Positions 21,040-31,461 of a stretch of DNA of 64,000 nucleotides are shown here, piece by piece. The notes below the pieces were generated by a model that searched no databases, had not been told where the DNA came from, and saw only the letters and a program-made list of their open reading frames with translations. This stretch comes from an uncultured delta proteobacterium (GTDB lineage Bacteria; Desulfobacterota; Desulfobacteria; Desulfobacterales; JAHEIW01). Location: assembly GCA_963706575.1 (NCBI GenBank), contig CAVPNL010000006.1, positions 640,001 to 704,000 of the forward strand, written 5' to 3'. How positions within the stretch are numbered: position 1 is the first letter of the stretch; each line of letters begins with the position of its first letter. The position numbers and the translations under genes were made by a program.

Positions 21040-22296
21040 GTGATGGCGCCTGAAAAGGGCATGATCGTCTTGATGGGCTCCGGTGAGCTGACCGCCACCA
21101 TGGTCGAGGTTCACAAAGAATTGCTGCGGCAGTTCGGGGCGGCGGCCAAAGCTGTTTTTTTAGATACGCCGGCCGGTTTTCAGCTCAACGTCGACCAGAT
21201 TTCCCAGAAAGCCCGGGAGTATTTTCAGACCCATATCGGGCAAAGCCTTGCGATTGCGTCTTTTAAGTCCAATGATACCATTTCCCCTTTTGAAGCCGAG
21301 CAGGCCCTTCAAACGCTGCGGAATGCCGATTTTGTCTTAATCGGTCCCGGCAGCCCAACTTATGCGGTGCAGCAGTGGCAGCAATCCGCCATACCGCAAA
21401 TCCTTACCGGCCGCATCAGGGAAGGCGGGTGCCTGGTGGCCGCCAGCGCCGCCGCTTTGACCGTCGGCCGCTTTACCCTTCCGGTCTATGAGATTTACAA
21501 GGTCGGTCAGGATTTACACTGGGTCGATGGAATGGATATCCTCAAGGATTTCGGTTTCAACCTTGTCGTGATACCGCATTGGAATAACGCCGAGGGCGGC
21601 ACGCATGATACCCGCTTTTGTTTTATGGGTGAACCGCGCTTCGGGCAACTGGTCTCCTTGCTGCCGGAAGATGTTACCGTTTTGGGCTTGGATGAGCACA
21701 CCGCCTGCATATTAGATTTTGAAAACGACGAAGCCGTCATCAAAGGCATCGGCCAGGTCACCCTGCAACACGCAGGACACCAGATCGTTTTTAAAACCGG
21801 CGACCGGTTTTCACTTGATGTGCTTCGCGGCAAAGATCGGGGTGGGAATTGGCAGCCGACATCCCTGGTGCCGGAAGTTTCAGAAACGGATTCAGCGGTG
21901 GAGGCAGACGCATTCTGGGATCAAATCCACCGGCTTGAGACTGTTTTTTATGAAGGGCTTGAGACCCACGCAGCCCGCAAAACCACCAATGCCTTGCTGG
22001 AACTGGATCGGATGATCTGGAAGGCGCAGCAGGATTTGGAAAACGAGGAATTTATCATCCAGGCGCGCGACACCCTGCGGGAGCTGATTGCGGTATTGGG
22101 CACCCGGCTGGCTGCCGCGCCGCTCAGTGAAACCGATTGTCTGGCGCCGCTCGTCCAGCAGTTGCTGGGTGTGAGAGAAAACTTTAGGCAGCAAAAACAA
22201 TTCGAAGAAGCCGATGCCATCCGGGACAGCCTGCAGCGCGCAAACATTATCATAGAGGACACCGAAACAGGATCCCGCTGGCGACTGGGGTCTTAA
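21040..22296 (+). CDS. Peptidase S51/class I GATase-like domain fused to CysRS C-terminal-like domain
   Basis: LMGSGE, GPGSPTY, AASAAA, IPHWNN; C-term RENFRQQKQFEEADAIRDSL..IIIEDTETGSRW. Confidence 0.75.
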   Translation: MMAPEKGMIVLMGSGELTATMVEVHKELLRQFGAAAKAVFLDTPAGFQLNVDQISQKAREYFQTHIGQSLAIASFKSNDTISPFEAEQALQTLRNADFVLIGPGSPTYAVQQWQQSAIPQILTGRIREGGCLVAASAAALTVGRFTLPVYEIYKVGQDLHWVDGMDILKDFGFNLVVIPHWNNAEGGTHDTRFCFMGEPRFGQLVSLLPEDVTVLGLDEHTACILDFENDEAVIKGIGQVTLQHAGHQIVFKTGDRFSLDVLRGKDRGGNWQPTSLVPEVSETDSAVEADAFWDQIHRLETVFYEGLETHAARKTTNALLELDRMIWKAQQDLENEEFIIQARDTLRELIAVLGTRLAAAPLSETDCLAPLVQQLLGVRENFRQQKQFEEADAIRDSLQRANIIIEDTETGSRWRLGS

Positions 22297-22389
22297 ATAA
22301 GGGTTCAGAGGTTCAGGGTTCAAGGGTTCAGAGGTTGGTTAATAGAAAACAGAGGTCAGAGGACAGATGACAGATGGAAACCGGAGAGA

Positions 22390-22472
22390 AGGGCGGCCCT
22401 GTGCCCGGCGCGGCGAAGTCTCAGGCGAAGACCGGTGGCCGCCGGTTAGGTCGGCACAGAGGCCGACCCTAC
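22390..22472. repeat. GTAG/CTAC-type REP-like palindrome
   Basis: AGGTCGGCACAGAGGCCGACCCTAC; relatives at 34822 and 43949. Confidence 0.7.
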
Positions 22473-22565
22473 TTTTTGTCATTATCTAACCTCTGAACCC
22501 AGAACCCGGAACCCGGGAACTGACACCTGAACACTGAAACCGCATTCACAAAGTCCGGAGAATTA

Positions 22566-24224
22566 ATGACGATGTTTACCCATCCCCCTTTATCGATTCT
22601 GGCCATTGCAGCGGAACACCATCCGGAGCTGCTTTCTTTGTTTTCTTATCTTCGATCCATTTCTCACCTCGAACTCAGTGTCAACTGCGAAATTCCAGCG
22701 GACTTAAGGCCCTATGATGTCATTATTACCGCCGACACCGCCGGTTTTGACGAAGGCGGCGATCATCTTAGCCGGTTTGTTGACAACGGCGGCGGCTGGC
22801 TGGGACTGGTTCAAGTATCCGATAAACCATTGCCCGAAATTTTCGGGGCTCAAACCGGCCAGATTGGACCGGCGGCTGAATTGCGCGTGATGTTTGTTGA
22901 TCCAAATCATGGCATGGCCAAACGTTTGCCCGGCGCCCTGTATCTTAACAGCATTTACCAACCCCTGGCGCAGCAGGCGGATGGCGCCGAGCCGATCTTG
23001 TATGCCGACTGGCATTATAACCATAGCCCGATGTTGCTTGCGCGCACGGTCGGAGAAGGAAAAGTCGCCTGCACAACGCTTCAAGCTTATAATGAACCCG
23101 CTTTTCAGCAAGTTCTCTATCGCCTCCTGCGCTACCTGGCGGGCTACAATGATGGCCATCATTCGCTGGGTGTCGGACTATTAGGTTATGCGCCGTCAGT
23201 CGGCAAAATACATGGTTTAGGCGTCCAGGTGACCCCCGGATTGGAATTAAAGGCCGCCTGTGACCTGAACTCTGAACGCCTGCAGCAGGCCGGGCAGGAT
23301 TTTCCGGATCTGAAAACTTACCAGTCGGTGGATGCATTCGCTGACGACCCCGGCATCGACCTGGTGATCATTGCCACCCCGCCGAATTCCCATGCCAGGC
23401 TTGGCATTCAAATGATGGCCGCCGGCAAGCACGTGGTCTGTGAGAAACCACTGGCGATATCCCAACAAGAAACCGCTACCATGATCGAGATGGCCGAAAA
23501 GCAGAGGGTCCATTTGAGCTGTCATCAAAACCGGCGCTGGGATGTCGACTACCTGGCCATTAAGCAGGCTCTGGCTGAAGGGTCCATCGGGGATCTGTTT
23601 TATATGGAAACCTTTGTGGGCGGCTTCAGCCATCCCTGCGGATACTGGCATTCCCACGACGAAATTTCGGGCGGCCTGGCTTATGACTGGGGAGGACATT
23701 ACCTGGATTGGATCGTGGGGCTGATTCCCGAGCGTATCCAAACGGTCATCTGCACCCGTCATAAGCGAGTCTGGCATGATGTCACCAATGCGGACCAGGA
23801 ACGGATCCAGATCCGATTTACCGGCGGTCAGGAAGCTGAATTTATTCATTCCGATATCGCGGCAGTGCGCAAACCCAAATGGTATTTACTCGGAACCGAC
23901 GGGGCAATCATCGGTTACTGGAAAGATGTGGTCGAATACGAGATGGATCCGGTGGTCTATTTTGAGCAACACGATATTCCCGCAACCGAGATGCCGGCTG
24001 ATTTAACATTGCAGCGGCGGCACCCTTCGGGTCAAATCGTGGCCCAAAAACTTGCTGTTCCCGAAAGAAAGCATTATCTTTTCCATCAAAACATCGCCGA
24101 CCATCTGCTGACCGGAGAGCCGATTGTCGCGCCGCTGGAACATTCAGTTCGTGTGGTGGCAATTTTAGAAACAGCCGCCAAATCAGCTGCCAACGGCGGG
24201 ACGATGGAGGTGCTGGATGACTGA
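22566..24224 (+). CDS. Gfo/Idh/MocA oxidoreductase with N-terminal ThuA/GATase-like domain
   Basis: GLLGY, IATPPNSH, HVVCEKP, HQNRRWD, DWGGHYLD. Confidence 0.85.
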   Translation: MTMFTHPPLSILAIAAEHHPELLSLFSYLRSISHLELSVNCEIPADLRPYDVIITADTAGFDEGGDHLSRFVDNGGGWLGLVQVSDKPLPEIFGAQTGQIGPAAELRVMFVDPNHGMAKRLPGALYLNSIYQPLAQQADGAEPILYADWHYNHSPMLLARTVGEGKVACTTLQAYNEPAFQQVLYRLLRYLAGYNDGHHSLGVGLLGYAPSVGKIHGLGVQVTPGLELKAACDLNSERLQQAGQDFPDLKTYQSVDAFADDPGIDLVIIATPPNSHARLGIQMMAAGKHVVCEKPLAISQQETATMIEMAEKQRVHLSCHQNRRWDVDYLAIKQALAEGSIGDLFYMETFVGGFSHPCGYWHSHDEISGGLAYDWGGHYLDWIVGLIPERIQTVICTRHKRVWHDVTNADQERIQIRFTGGQEAEFIHSDIAAVRKPKWYLLGTDGAIIGYWKDVVEYEMDPVVYFEQHDIPATEMPADLTLQRRHPSGQIVAQKLAVPERKHYLFHQNIADHLLTGEPIVAPLEHSVRVVAILETAAKSAANGGTMEVLDD

Positions 24225-25228
24225 GGCGATCAGATGGGGCGTGATGGGAAATGCAACTATTGCCCGGGTGTGTGTGATTCCCGCGATCCAGAAATCGTGT
24301 AACGGAAGCGTTCACGCGCTGGCAACACGCTCCCCCGTGCGGGCGCAAGCGGTAGCGGCTGAGCATCAGATTGATCAGGTTTATAACAGCTACGATGCCC
24401 TGCTGGGTGATCCGGCAATAGATGTGATTTATATTGCGCTACCCAACCATCTTCACAGCCCCTGGACCGTAAAAGCGCTGAAGGCGGGTAAACACGTGTT
24501 GTGTGAAAAGCCTCTGGCGTGCACTGCAAAAGAGGCAATGGAAATGGCTTCGGTGGCTGAGGACTCCGGGCGGTACTTAATGGAGGCCTTTATGTATCGC
24601 TTTCATCCCCGCAGCCGGCGAATTAAACAGCTGATCGCTGAAGGCCACATCGGTGCCCCTTCTCTGGTCAGATCGGCTTTTTGTTTCCGAATGGGCGAAA
24701 AGGATCGGGCCAGTGAAAAAAACGCCCGTTTAAAACCGGAAATGGGCGGGGGCGCTTTGCTGGATGTCGGATGTTACAGTGTCAGTGTGGCGCGCTGGTT
24801 TCTGGGGGCTGAACCAACTCAGGTTCAGGCCCAGGCGCTTTTCCATCCGGGCGGAGTCGATATCCACATGGTCGGCACACTGGGGTTTGGTGACATTGCT
24901 CTGGCGACATTTGAGGCCAGCTTTATTTCCGCTTTGCAGCAAACATACAGCATCGCGGGCGCTGACGGTGTGATTGAACTGCCCCACAATGCATTTGTAC
25001 CCTGGGAAAATGATGCCGCCTTTTTACTCAGGGGGCAGAGATGAGGAAGAGGGGCAACAACACGTTATACCGGGGGCAGATGAATATCAGCTTATGGTGG
25101 AGCATTTTGCGGATGTGGTGCTGGGAAATGCGGATTTAATGTATCCGCTGTCCGACAGTATCGGAAATATGCGGGTGCTCGATGCCCTGGCGCAGGCAGC
25201 TCGGACGGGGGAAACAGTCAGATTATAA
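24217..25228 (+). pseudogene. Gfo/Idh/MocA oxidoreductase split by a +1 frameshift at the G5 run 25031-25035 (pseudogene or sequence error)
   Basis: WGVMGNATIA, HVLCEKP, MEAFMYRFHP, GGGALLDVGCY; family C-terminus DEYQLMVEHFAD..NMRVLDAL lies in the next frame. Confidence 0.75.
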
Positions 25229-25424
25229 AAGGTTTCAAGTGTCGTGTGTCAGTCAACTGGTTAATAGGTTCAACATTCAATCTATACGGACTTGTTAGAT
25301 TTGTTTTATTTGTCTTATTGGTTGAATTGGTTGGTTAAAACCGAACGAATTGAACAAATTAAACCAATAAAACCAATTAAACAGATGGAACGTCTGCCAG
25401 CTGACTGACAGCTGAAACCTGGAC

Positions 25425-26435
25425 TTGGACGCCGAGATGTTAATGAAAGTGAACCCTGAATACACCGTAACGCTAGAGACCTTTGATTCGATCACTTCTT
25501 ACTGGCTGGACCCCCAGCACAACCTGGAGTGGGATTGCCTGTTTGTGGTGCCCGGCTGGTTAAAGGTATGGTGGGATAAATTCGCCGGTGATCAGCTTGC
25601 CCATCTGTGCGCGGTGCGGCACCAAGATGAGCTGATCGGAATTGCGCCGTTAATGGTTCAGGGAAAAACAGCCCGCCTTATGGGTGATCCGGATGTGTGT
25701 GATTTTTTGGATGTGATTACGGCTCCCGGAAGGGCAAGGGCGTTTTTTCAAAATCTGATCCCCTACATTCAAAAACAGGGGGTCACCCACCTGGATTTCG
25801 GGGCGGTGCGTGCAGATTCAATTGTGTTTAGAGACCTAGTTGCGGTTGCGAAAGATTTGAGTTATGAAACTATCTGCGATCCGGAAGATGTTACCATGGT
25901 ATTGGATCTGCCCGCCAGCTGGGATGATTTTTTGAATCAATTGACGGGAAAAGAGCGCCATGAGATAAGACGTAAGCTCCGGCGACTCAACGAAGCGGCG
26001 CAGGTCAATTTTCGGGTCGTCGAAAACCCGGATGGTGTCGCTAAGGAGATCGACACATTTTTAGCGCTTTTTAAGCTGAATCGATCGGACAAATCCGAAT
26101 TTATGCACGATCAACGCGCTGCATTTTTCCGCGCCCTGGCCGTGGAAATGGCTGCCGCTGGCATTTTAAAGCTCTTTTTTCTAGATCTAGATGATGTGCC
26201 GGCCGCTGCCGTCATGTGTTTCGATTACGGTTCGACCCTATATCTCTATAATAATGGCTATGACATTCGACATAAATCCCTAAGTGTCGGATTGCTCAGC
26301 AAGGTTTTTTCAATAAAAGAAAGCATTCAGAGAGGCAAAACCCGGTATGATTTTCTCAAAGGCCCCGAGCCCTATAAACGACGGCTCGGGGGCAAACCGG
26401 TTCAGCTATACAGATGCCGTATTCACCTCGGGTAA
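25425..26435 (+). CDS. GNAT acetyltransferase, CelD/BcsL-like (start uncertain)
   Basis: LIGIAPL, RHEIRRKLRRL, LYNNGYD, YDFLKGPEPYKRRLG. Confidence 0.85.
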   Translation: MDAEMLMKVNPEYTVTLETFDSITSYWLDPQHNLEWDCLFVVPGWLKVWWDKFAGDQLAHLCAVRHQDELIGIAPLMVQGKTARLMGDPDVCDFLDVITAPGRARAFFQNLIPYIQKQGVTHLDFGAVRADSIVFRDLVAVAKDLSYETICDPEDVTMVLDLPASWDDFLNQLTGKERHEIRRKLRRLNEAAQVNFRVVENPDGVAKEIDTFLALFKLNRSDKSEFMHDQRAAFFRALAVEMAAAGILKLFFLDLDDVPAAAVMCFDYGSTLYLYNNGYDIRHKSLSVGLLSKVFSIKESIQRGKTRYDFLKGPEPYKRRLGGKPVQLYRCRIHLG

Positions 26436-26489
26436 GGCGCATCTTATACATTTGACTCCATCTGCGCGCGATAACGGGAGGATCAACAT

Positions 26490-27755
26490 TTGAAATCAGA
26501 TCAGTTACGAATTGCGATGTTCAGCATCCATTCGAGCCCGATTGGTGAACTGGGAACTAAAAATACAGGGGGTATGAGTGTCTATATCCGCGAACTCGCC
26601 CGTCATCTCGGTGAGTTCGGCCACCGGGTTGATATATACACCAGACTGAATGGAACCAAACATAATCAGATCATCGAGTTGTACGATAATGTGCGCCTAA
26701 TTCATTTGAGCGCCGGCAACAACGGCTATGTCCAAAAACTGGCGCTTTATTACTATCTCACTGATTTTTTCAGAGCACTCGAAGGATTTAAAAATCAGGA
26801 AGGCCTGGATTACGACCTGATTCACAGCCATTACTGGTTATCCGGGCGTCTGGGGAGCCGGGTTCAGGATCGCTGGAACATCCCCCATATCGTCATGTTT
26901 CACACCCTGGGAACCGTAAAAAACAGTGCCGGTCTGGCAGACCGCGAGCCGGATCTTCGCATCGCCACCGAAAAGAAATTGGCCCGAACCTGTCAGCGAA
27001 TCCTGGCCCCCACCGACAGGGAAAAAGAAAACCTGTTAAAATACTGCCATACACCTGCCGAAAAAATCGGTGTTGTGCCCTGCGGCGTTAATCTGGATCT
27101 ATTCCGGCCCATGGACAAGGTCGCCGCCAGGCAGCGTTTGGGATTTAAAGAAGATGAATCCATCGTGTTGTATGTCGGCAGATTCGACCCGATCAAGGGG
27201 ATCGACAGGCTGCTGGAAGCCATGGCCCATCTGAAACACCTCAAGCGGACGCGGCTGGTCATCGTCGGTGGTGATGACCCCGGTACACCCGAATATCAGA
27301 ACCTGCGACAGTTATCCGTTAAATTCGGTATTCAGAAATCCGTGCACTTTGTCGGCCGGGTAGAGCAGAACCAATTGCCGCCGTATTACAGCGCTGCGGA
27401 TGCCCTGGTTGTTCCCTCCTATTATGAAAGCTTTGGACTGGTGGGGCTTGAATCACTGGCCTGCGGGACTCCGGTTGTGTCAACCCGGGTGGGTGCCATG
27501 GAGGATGTTCTTGTGGATGGTAAAACCGGCTATGTGGTGGTCGATGCAACTCCCCGCGGGCTGGCCAACAGTATCGAAAAGATCATCTCAAACTCAGCGG
27601 GCTCATTGTTGTCCGCCCATGACATTCGTGGTTCGGTTCTTAAATACGGATGGTCGAATGTCTCGGCGGCGGTTTTTAACGAATATGAAACGATGCTAAG
27701 GGATTCGCTGTCTGAGCCTGCACGGAAGCTCTCCGCTTCCGGGTCTTCGCTCTAA
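26490..27755 (+). CDS. GT4 glycosyltransferase, MshA-like
   Basis: HSSPIGELGTKNTGGMSVY, IHSHYWLSG, MFHTLG, VGRFDPIKG, PSYYESFGLVGLE. Confidence 0.88.
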   Translation: MKSDQLRIAMFSIHSSPIGELGTKNTGGMSVYIRELARHLGEFGHRVDIYTRLNGTKHNQIIELYDNVRLIHLSAGNNGYVQKLALYYYLTDFFRALEGFKNQEGLDYDLIHSHYWLSGRLGSRVQDRWNIPHIVMFHTLGTVKNSAGLADREPDLRIATEKKLARTCQRILAPTDREKENLLKYCHTPAEKIGVVPCGVNLDLFRPMDKVAARQRLGFKEDESIVLYVGRFDPIKGIDRLLEAMAHLKHLKRTRLVIVGGDDPGTPEYQNLRQLSVKFGIQKSVHFVGRVEQNQLPPYYSAADALVVPSYYESFGLVGLESLACGTPVVSTRVGAMEDVLVDGKTGYVVVDATPRGLANSIEKIISNSAGSLLSAHDIRGSVLKYGWSNVSAAVFNEYETMLRDSLSEPARKLSASGSSL

Positions 27756-27765
27756 AAAATTTGCC

Positions 27766-28677
27766 ATGTTAACCACTGAAACGGCCTCGAGTCCTGAGCC
27801 GACCGAACAATTTTTGGAGTTACCGGACGGACGGATCCACTACCTGGATTGGGGCGGCGACGGTGTCCCAACGCATTTTCTGCATGGTAACGGATTTTGT
27901 GCGGGGACCTATACACCGTTTATCCAATATCTTGTCGATGATCTTCATATCCTGGCCAGCGATGTGCGCGGTCACGGGGGCTCGGATCAGCCCATGGTCA
28001 AACGCGTCCGTCATTGGGACATTTTTGCAGAAGATTTGAAAATTCTCATCGAGCAAAAGATGTCTCCGCCGGTCATCGGCATCGGCCATTCGCTGGGCGC
28101 CGTCACAACATATATTGCGGCCGCCCAATACCCGCATTTTTTTTCCGGCATTGTTTTGATCGACCCGGTTATTTTGCCGCGCCGGCTGCTGTGGTTAATC
28201 GCAGCACTGAAACTGCTGGGGCTAAGGGGAAATTTACCATTAGCCAAAATGGCCAGGCGCCGACGGCGAATTTTTAAAGGCAAGCAAGAAGCTTTGAGGC
28301 TCTTTGCCGCCGGCCGGGGCATTTTTAAAAACTGGTCCAAAGAATTTGTGCAGGCGTATTTAGAATGCGGGCTTCTCGAAAAAGATGAAAAGACTGCGGT
28401 TTTAAAATGCGATCCGGAGCTCGAAGCCCAAATTTTTGAATCCATTCCGCTGAATGTCTGGCGATATGCGAAAAAAATAAAGTGTCCTGTACTGGCCATT
28501 CGCGGAGAATTATCCGATACCTTCTTTGCTGACGCGGCCCAGCGGCTGGGGGGCATCATTGCCGATTATGAGCTGCAGACCATTCCTGATACCGGACACT
28601 TCCCGCCGATGGAAAAACCGCAGGAAAGCGCCCGCCTTATTTTAGATTTTGTCCATCGAAAATTAAAATCAACCTGA
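27766..28677 (+). CDS. Alpha/beta hydrolase
   Basis: HGNGF, DVRGHG, GHSLG nucleophile elbow, GHFPPME. Confidence 0.9.
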   Translation: MLTTETASSPEPTEQFLELPDGRIHYLDWGGDGVPTHFLHGNGFCAGTYTPFIQYLVDDLHILASDVRGHGGSDQPMVKRVRHWDIFAEDLKILIEQKMSPPVIGIGHSLGAVTTYIAAAQYPHFFSGIVLIDPVILPRRLLWLIAALKLLGLRGNLPLAKMARRRRRIFKGKQEALRLFAAGRGIFKNWSKEFVQAYLECGLLEKDEKTAVLKCDPELEAQIFESIPLNVWRYAKKIKCPVLAIRGELSDTFFADAAQRLGGIIADYELQTIPDTGHFPPMEKPQESARLILDFVHRKLKST

Positions 28678-29072
28678 ATTCTTGCAAGCGCCGGCAACTC
28701 CCGGGCCCACAATTTGCTAATCTTTTTAAAACCTGAATTGGCTTCATTTGATGAAATCCGGTTATTTTAATATTGACATATCAGGAGGTTCCTGCAATTG
28801 TTAGCTGACTTTTTGAGCTGGATTTAGACGGCTGTGAACCGCGGTCTGAAGGTTGGTTGGTGGATGAAGGGGTTAGTGCTTTGGGGAACCCGCCTTTTTC
28901 AAACCGGGGCTGCACCGGCGGTTTCGTAAAAAACCGTTTCCTTTCTTACACTGTGGGAAATCCGAATTTATATTGATTTTAGATGGTTAACGTTGAAACA
29001 GGTATCGTTCTCCGGCTGTATTCTCAATTTTGAGGCTCTCTATCTCAATCTGGCGATGAAGGTGGCCCTGCC

Positions 29073-30122
29073 ATGGATATGAAAAGGCACTATTACGAAG
29101 ATGTTCAGCTATTTACCTCCGGTGTGATTGTCTTCTGGTTTTGTGCTTTCATCCTTTTTCTGGCCCTGTTTCCTCTCCTTTTTAAAAATTATTATGTCTA
29201 TCTGGCCAATTACATGGCCATTAATGTGATTGTGGCCATCGGCCTCAATCTTCTGGTGGGCTATACCGGGCAGATATCCCTCGGGCACGCGGGATTTTTT
29301 GCAATCGGGGCTTACGGCACGATTGTTTTAATGAGCCAGGCCCATTTTCCGTTCATCGTGGCGCTGCCCGCCGCCGCCCTGGTGGCAGCGCTGTTCGGAT
29401 TTTTGCTGGGATTGCCGGCCCTGCGGCTTGAAGGGCCCTATCTGGCGATTGCCACCCTCGGTTTCGGGCTGACCATTACCCAGGTTATCGGCCGAATCGA
29501 GTTTTTCGGCGGACGGCAGGGCCTGCACGCCCCGGCTCTGACCATCGGTCCCTGGCATCTGGATACGGACATCGATTTTTACTATCTGCTGATAACCCTG
29601 ACGGTGTTGTTAACCATCGCCGCCCGGAATATCATTAAAACCCGTGTGGGGCGGGCCTTTATTGCCATCCGCGATGCGGATATCGCCGCTGAAACCATGG
29701 GGGTTAATCTGGTTCTTTACAAAACCCTGGCCTTTGCGGTCAGCGCTTTTTATGCGGGAATTGCCGGCGGGCTGTACGCCTTTGTCCTGCGGTTTATCGA
29801 GCCGGAGATCTTTACGCTTTTGATGTCGATTATGTTCCTGGCCATGGTGATCGTCGGCGGTCTGGGCTCCATTATGGGCGCCATTGCCGGTGCCTGCCTG
29901 CTTAGCTGGATGGATCTCCAGCTGCGCAATATCCTGAGTATTCCTTACGTGGGTGAATGGCTGGAGGCGCTGTCTCAAAGCTATTTTTCCATAACCGGGA
30001 TTTCGAATATCCAGTATATCGTATTCGGCTCTATTCTGGTGTTGATTATGCTGTTCGAGCCGCTGGGGATATTCGGGATCTGGATTCGGACCAAGAAGTA
30101 CTGGAAAACGTGGCCGTTCTGA
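29073..30122 (+). CDS. Liv-type ABC transporter permease (LivM-like)
   Basis: GYTGQISLGHAGF, GPYLAIATL, IVGGLGS. Confidence 0.92.
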   Translation: MDMKRHYYEDVQLFTSGVIVFWFCAFILFLALFPLLFKNYYVYLANYMAINVIVAIGLNLLVGYTGQISLGHAGFFAIGAYGTIVLMSQAHFPFIVALPAAALVAALFGFLLGLPALRLEGPYLAIATLGFGLTITQVIGRIEFFGGRQGLHAPALTIGPWHLDTDIDFYYLLITLTVLLTIAARNIIKTRVGRAFIAIRDADIAAETMGVNLVLYKTLAFAVSAFYAGIAGGLYAFVLRFIEPEIFTLLMSIMFLAMVIVGGLGSIMGAIAGACLLSWMDLQLRNILSIPYVGEWLEALSQSYFSITGISNIQYIVFGSILVLIMLFEPLGIFGIWIRTKKYWKTWPF

Positions 30123-30304
30123 AATGGGTACTGGGTATTCGGTATTGGGTATTTGGTACTTGAGGTAAAGATATAGGCAACAGCATATTGTTAAAGAAAC
30201 CTCACGCAAAGACGCCAAAACGGCGCAAAGGGTAACTTAAATAAACAAAAATATTTTTTCTTTGCGGGCTTTGCGGCTTTTCGTGCGAACAATGCGAAGG
30301 TTCT

Positions 30305-31180
30305 ATGCTTGATTTTTTCCAGATGATCACCAGCGGGATTGCGGTTGGCAGCACCTATGCCCTGATGGGCATTGCCATGGTCATTATTTACAAGACCTCG
30401 GAGGTGCCCAACTTCGCTCAGGGTGAAATGGCGCTGATTTCATCCTTCTTCGCCTTTATGCTCCTGGACCAATACGGCCTGCCTTACCATCTGGCGTTTC
30501 CGGCGGCATTGGTGTTTGCCATTCTGCTGGGGTTTTTGCTGGAGTTTGCCGTCCTGCGTCGCGCCAAAGAACCCAATATTCTGGGTATGATCGTCATTAC
30601 CATCGGTATTGAAATGATATTGCTGGGGCTGGTTTCCTGGAAGTTTGGTGCGGATCCCAAAACCATGCCCTTTCCCATTTCGCCCTGGGACAGCGTTGCC
30701 ATCGGGGCGGTGTTCATCAGCGGGCTTGAAATGCTGACCCTGGTCCTGGCGCTGGTCATTATGGTGATTTTATTTGTCTTTCTGAGATACTCAAAGCTGG
30801 GCGTTGCCATGAAGGCCACCCAGCAGAACAACATGGCAGCCCGCATCATGGGCATTCGCACCAATCGAATTCTGATGATCACCTGGGGGATTTCAGCGTT
30901 TGTGGGTTGCGTAGCCGGCCTGCTGATTTCACCAACGACCATGCAGCCGTATATGATGTGGGATCCGTTGCTGAAAGGTTTTGCCGCTGCGGTGATGGGG
31001 GGTATGACCTCCCTGCCCGGTGCCGTTGTGGCAGCCTATCTGCTGGGTATTATCGAAAACTTATTCGGCGGCTATGTGTCGATCGAGTTTAAATCCTCGG
31101 TGGCCTTTGCCATCATCGTGCTGGTGCTGTGCATTAAGCCAAGCGGATTGTTTGCAAGACATTATGTCAAAAAGGTTTAG
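30305..31180 (+). CDS. Liv-type ABC transporter permease (LivH-like)
   Basis: NFAQGE, KGFAAAVMGG, KPSGLF. Confidence 0.92.
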   Translation: MLDFFQMITSGIAVGSTYALMGIAMVIIYKTSEVPNFAQGEMALISSFFAFMLLDQYGLPYHLAFPAALVFAILLGFLLEFAVLRRAKEPNILGMIVITIGIEMILLGLVSWKFGADPKTMPFPISPWDSVAIGAVFISGLEMLTLVLALVIMVILFVFLRYSKLGVAMKATQQNNMAARIMGIRTNRILMITWGISAFVGCVAGLLISPTTMQPYMMWDPLLKGFAAAVMGGMTSLPGAVVAAYLLGIIENLFGGYVSIEFKSSVAFAIIVLVLCIKPSGLFARHYVKKV

Positions 31181-31386
31181 AATTGGTTTCAAAACCCCAT
31201 CTAAGGCCCAATGGCTGCGTTGTCCCGCAAATTGAAATACTCACGGACTCACGTGTACGCTCGGACACACGCATTCCAATTCGCGGGACGCCTTGCTTTG
31301 ATGCACACCTTAATTTGCTCAAATCAAGACGTGCAATCCCGCGTTCAAGCGGGAAACCTGATCTGGGGCCTTGAAACCAATTCTAA
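31177..31386. mobile_element. MITE-like element with perfect 16-bp terminal inverted repeats
   Basis: TTAGAATTGGTTTCAA ... TTGAAACCAATTCTAA; reverse-complement partial copy at ~40503-40588. Confidence 0.7.
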
Positions 31387-31461
31387 GCAACTAAACACCA
31401 AACACCAAACACTAAATACCAAACACGAATCACTAAACACCAACCAAAAAGGAGTGAAGGC

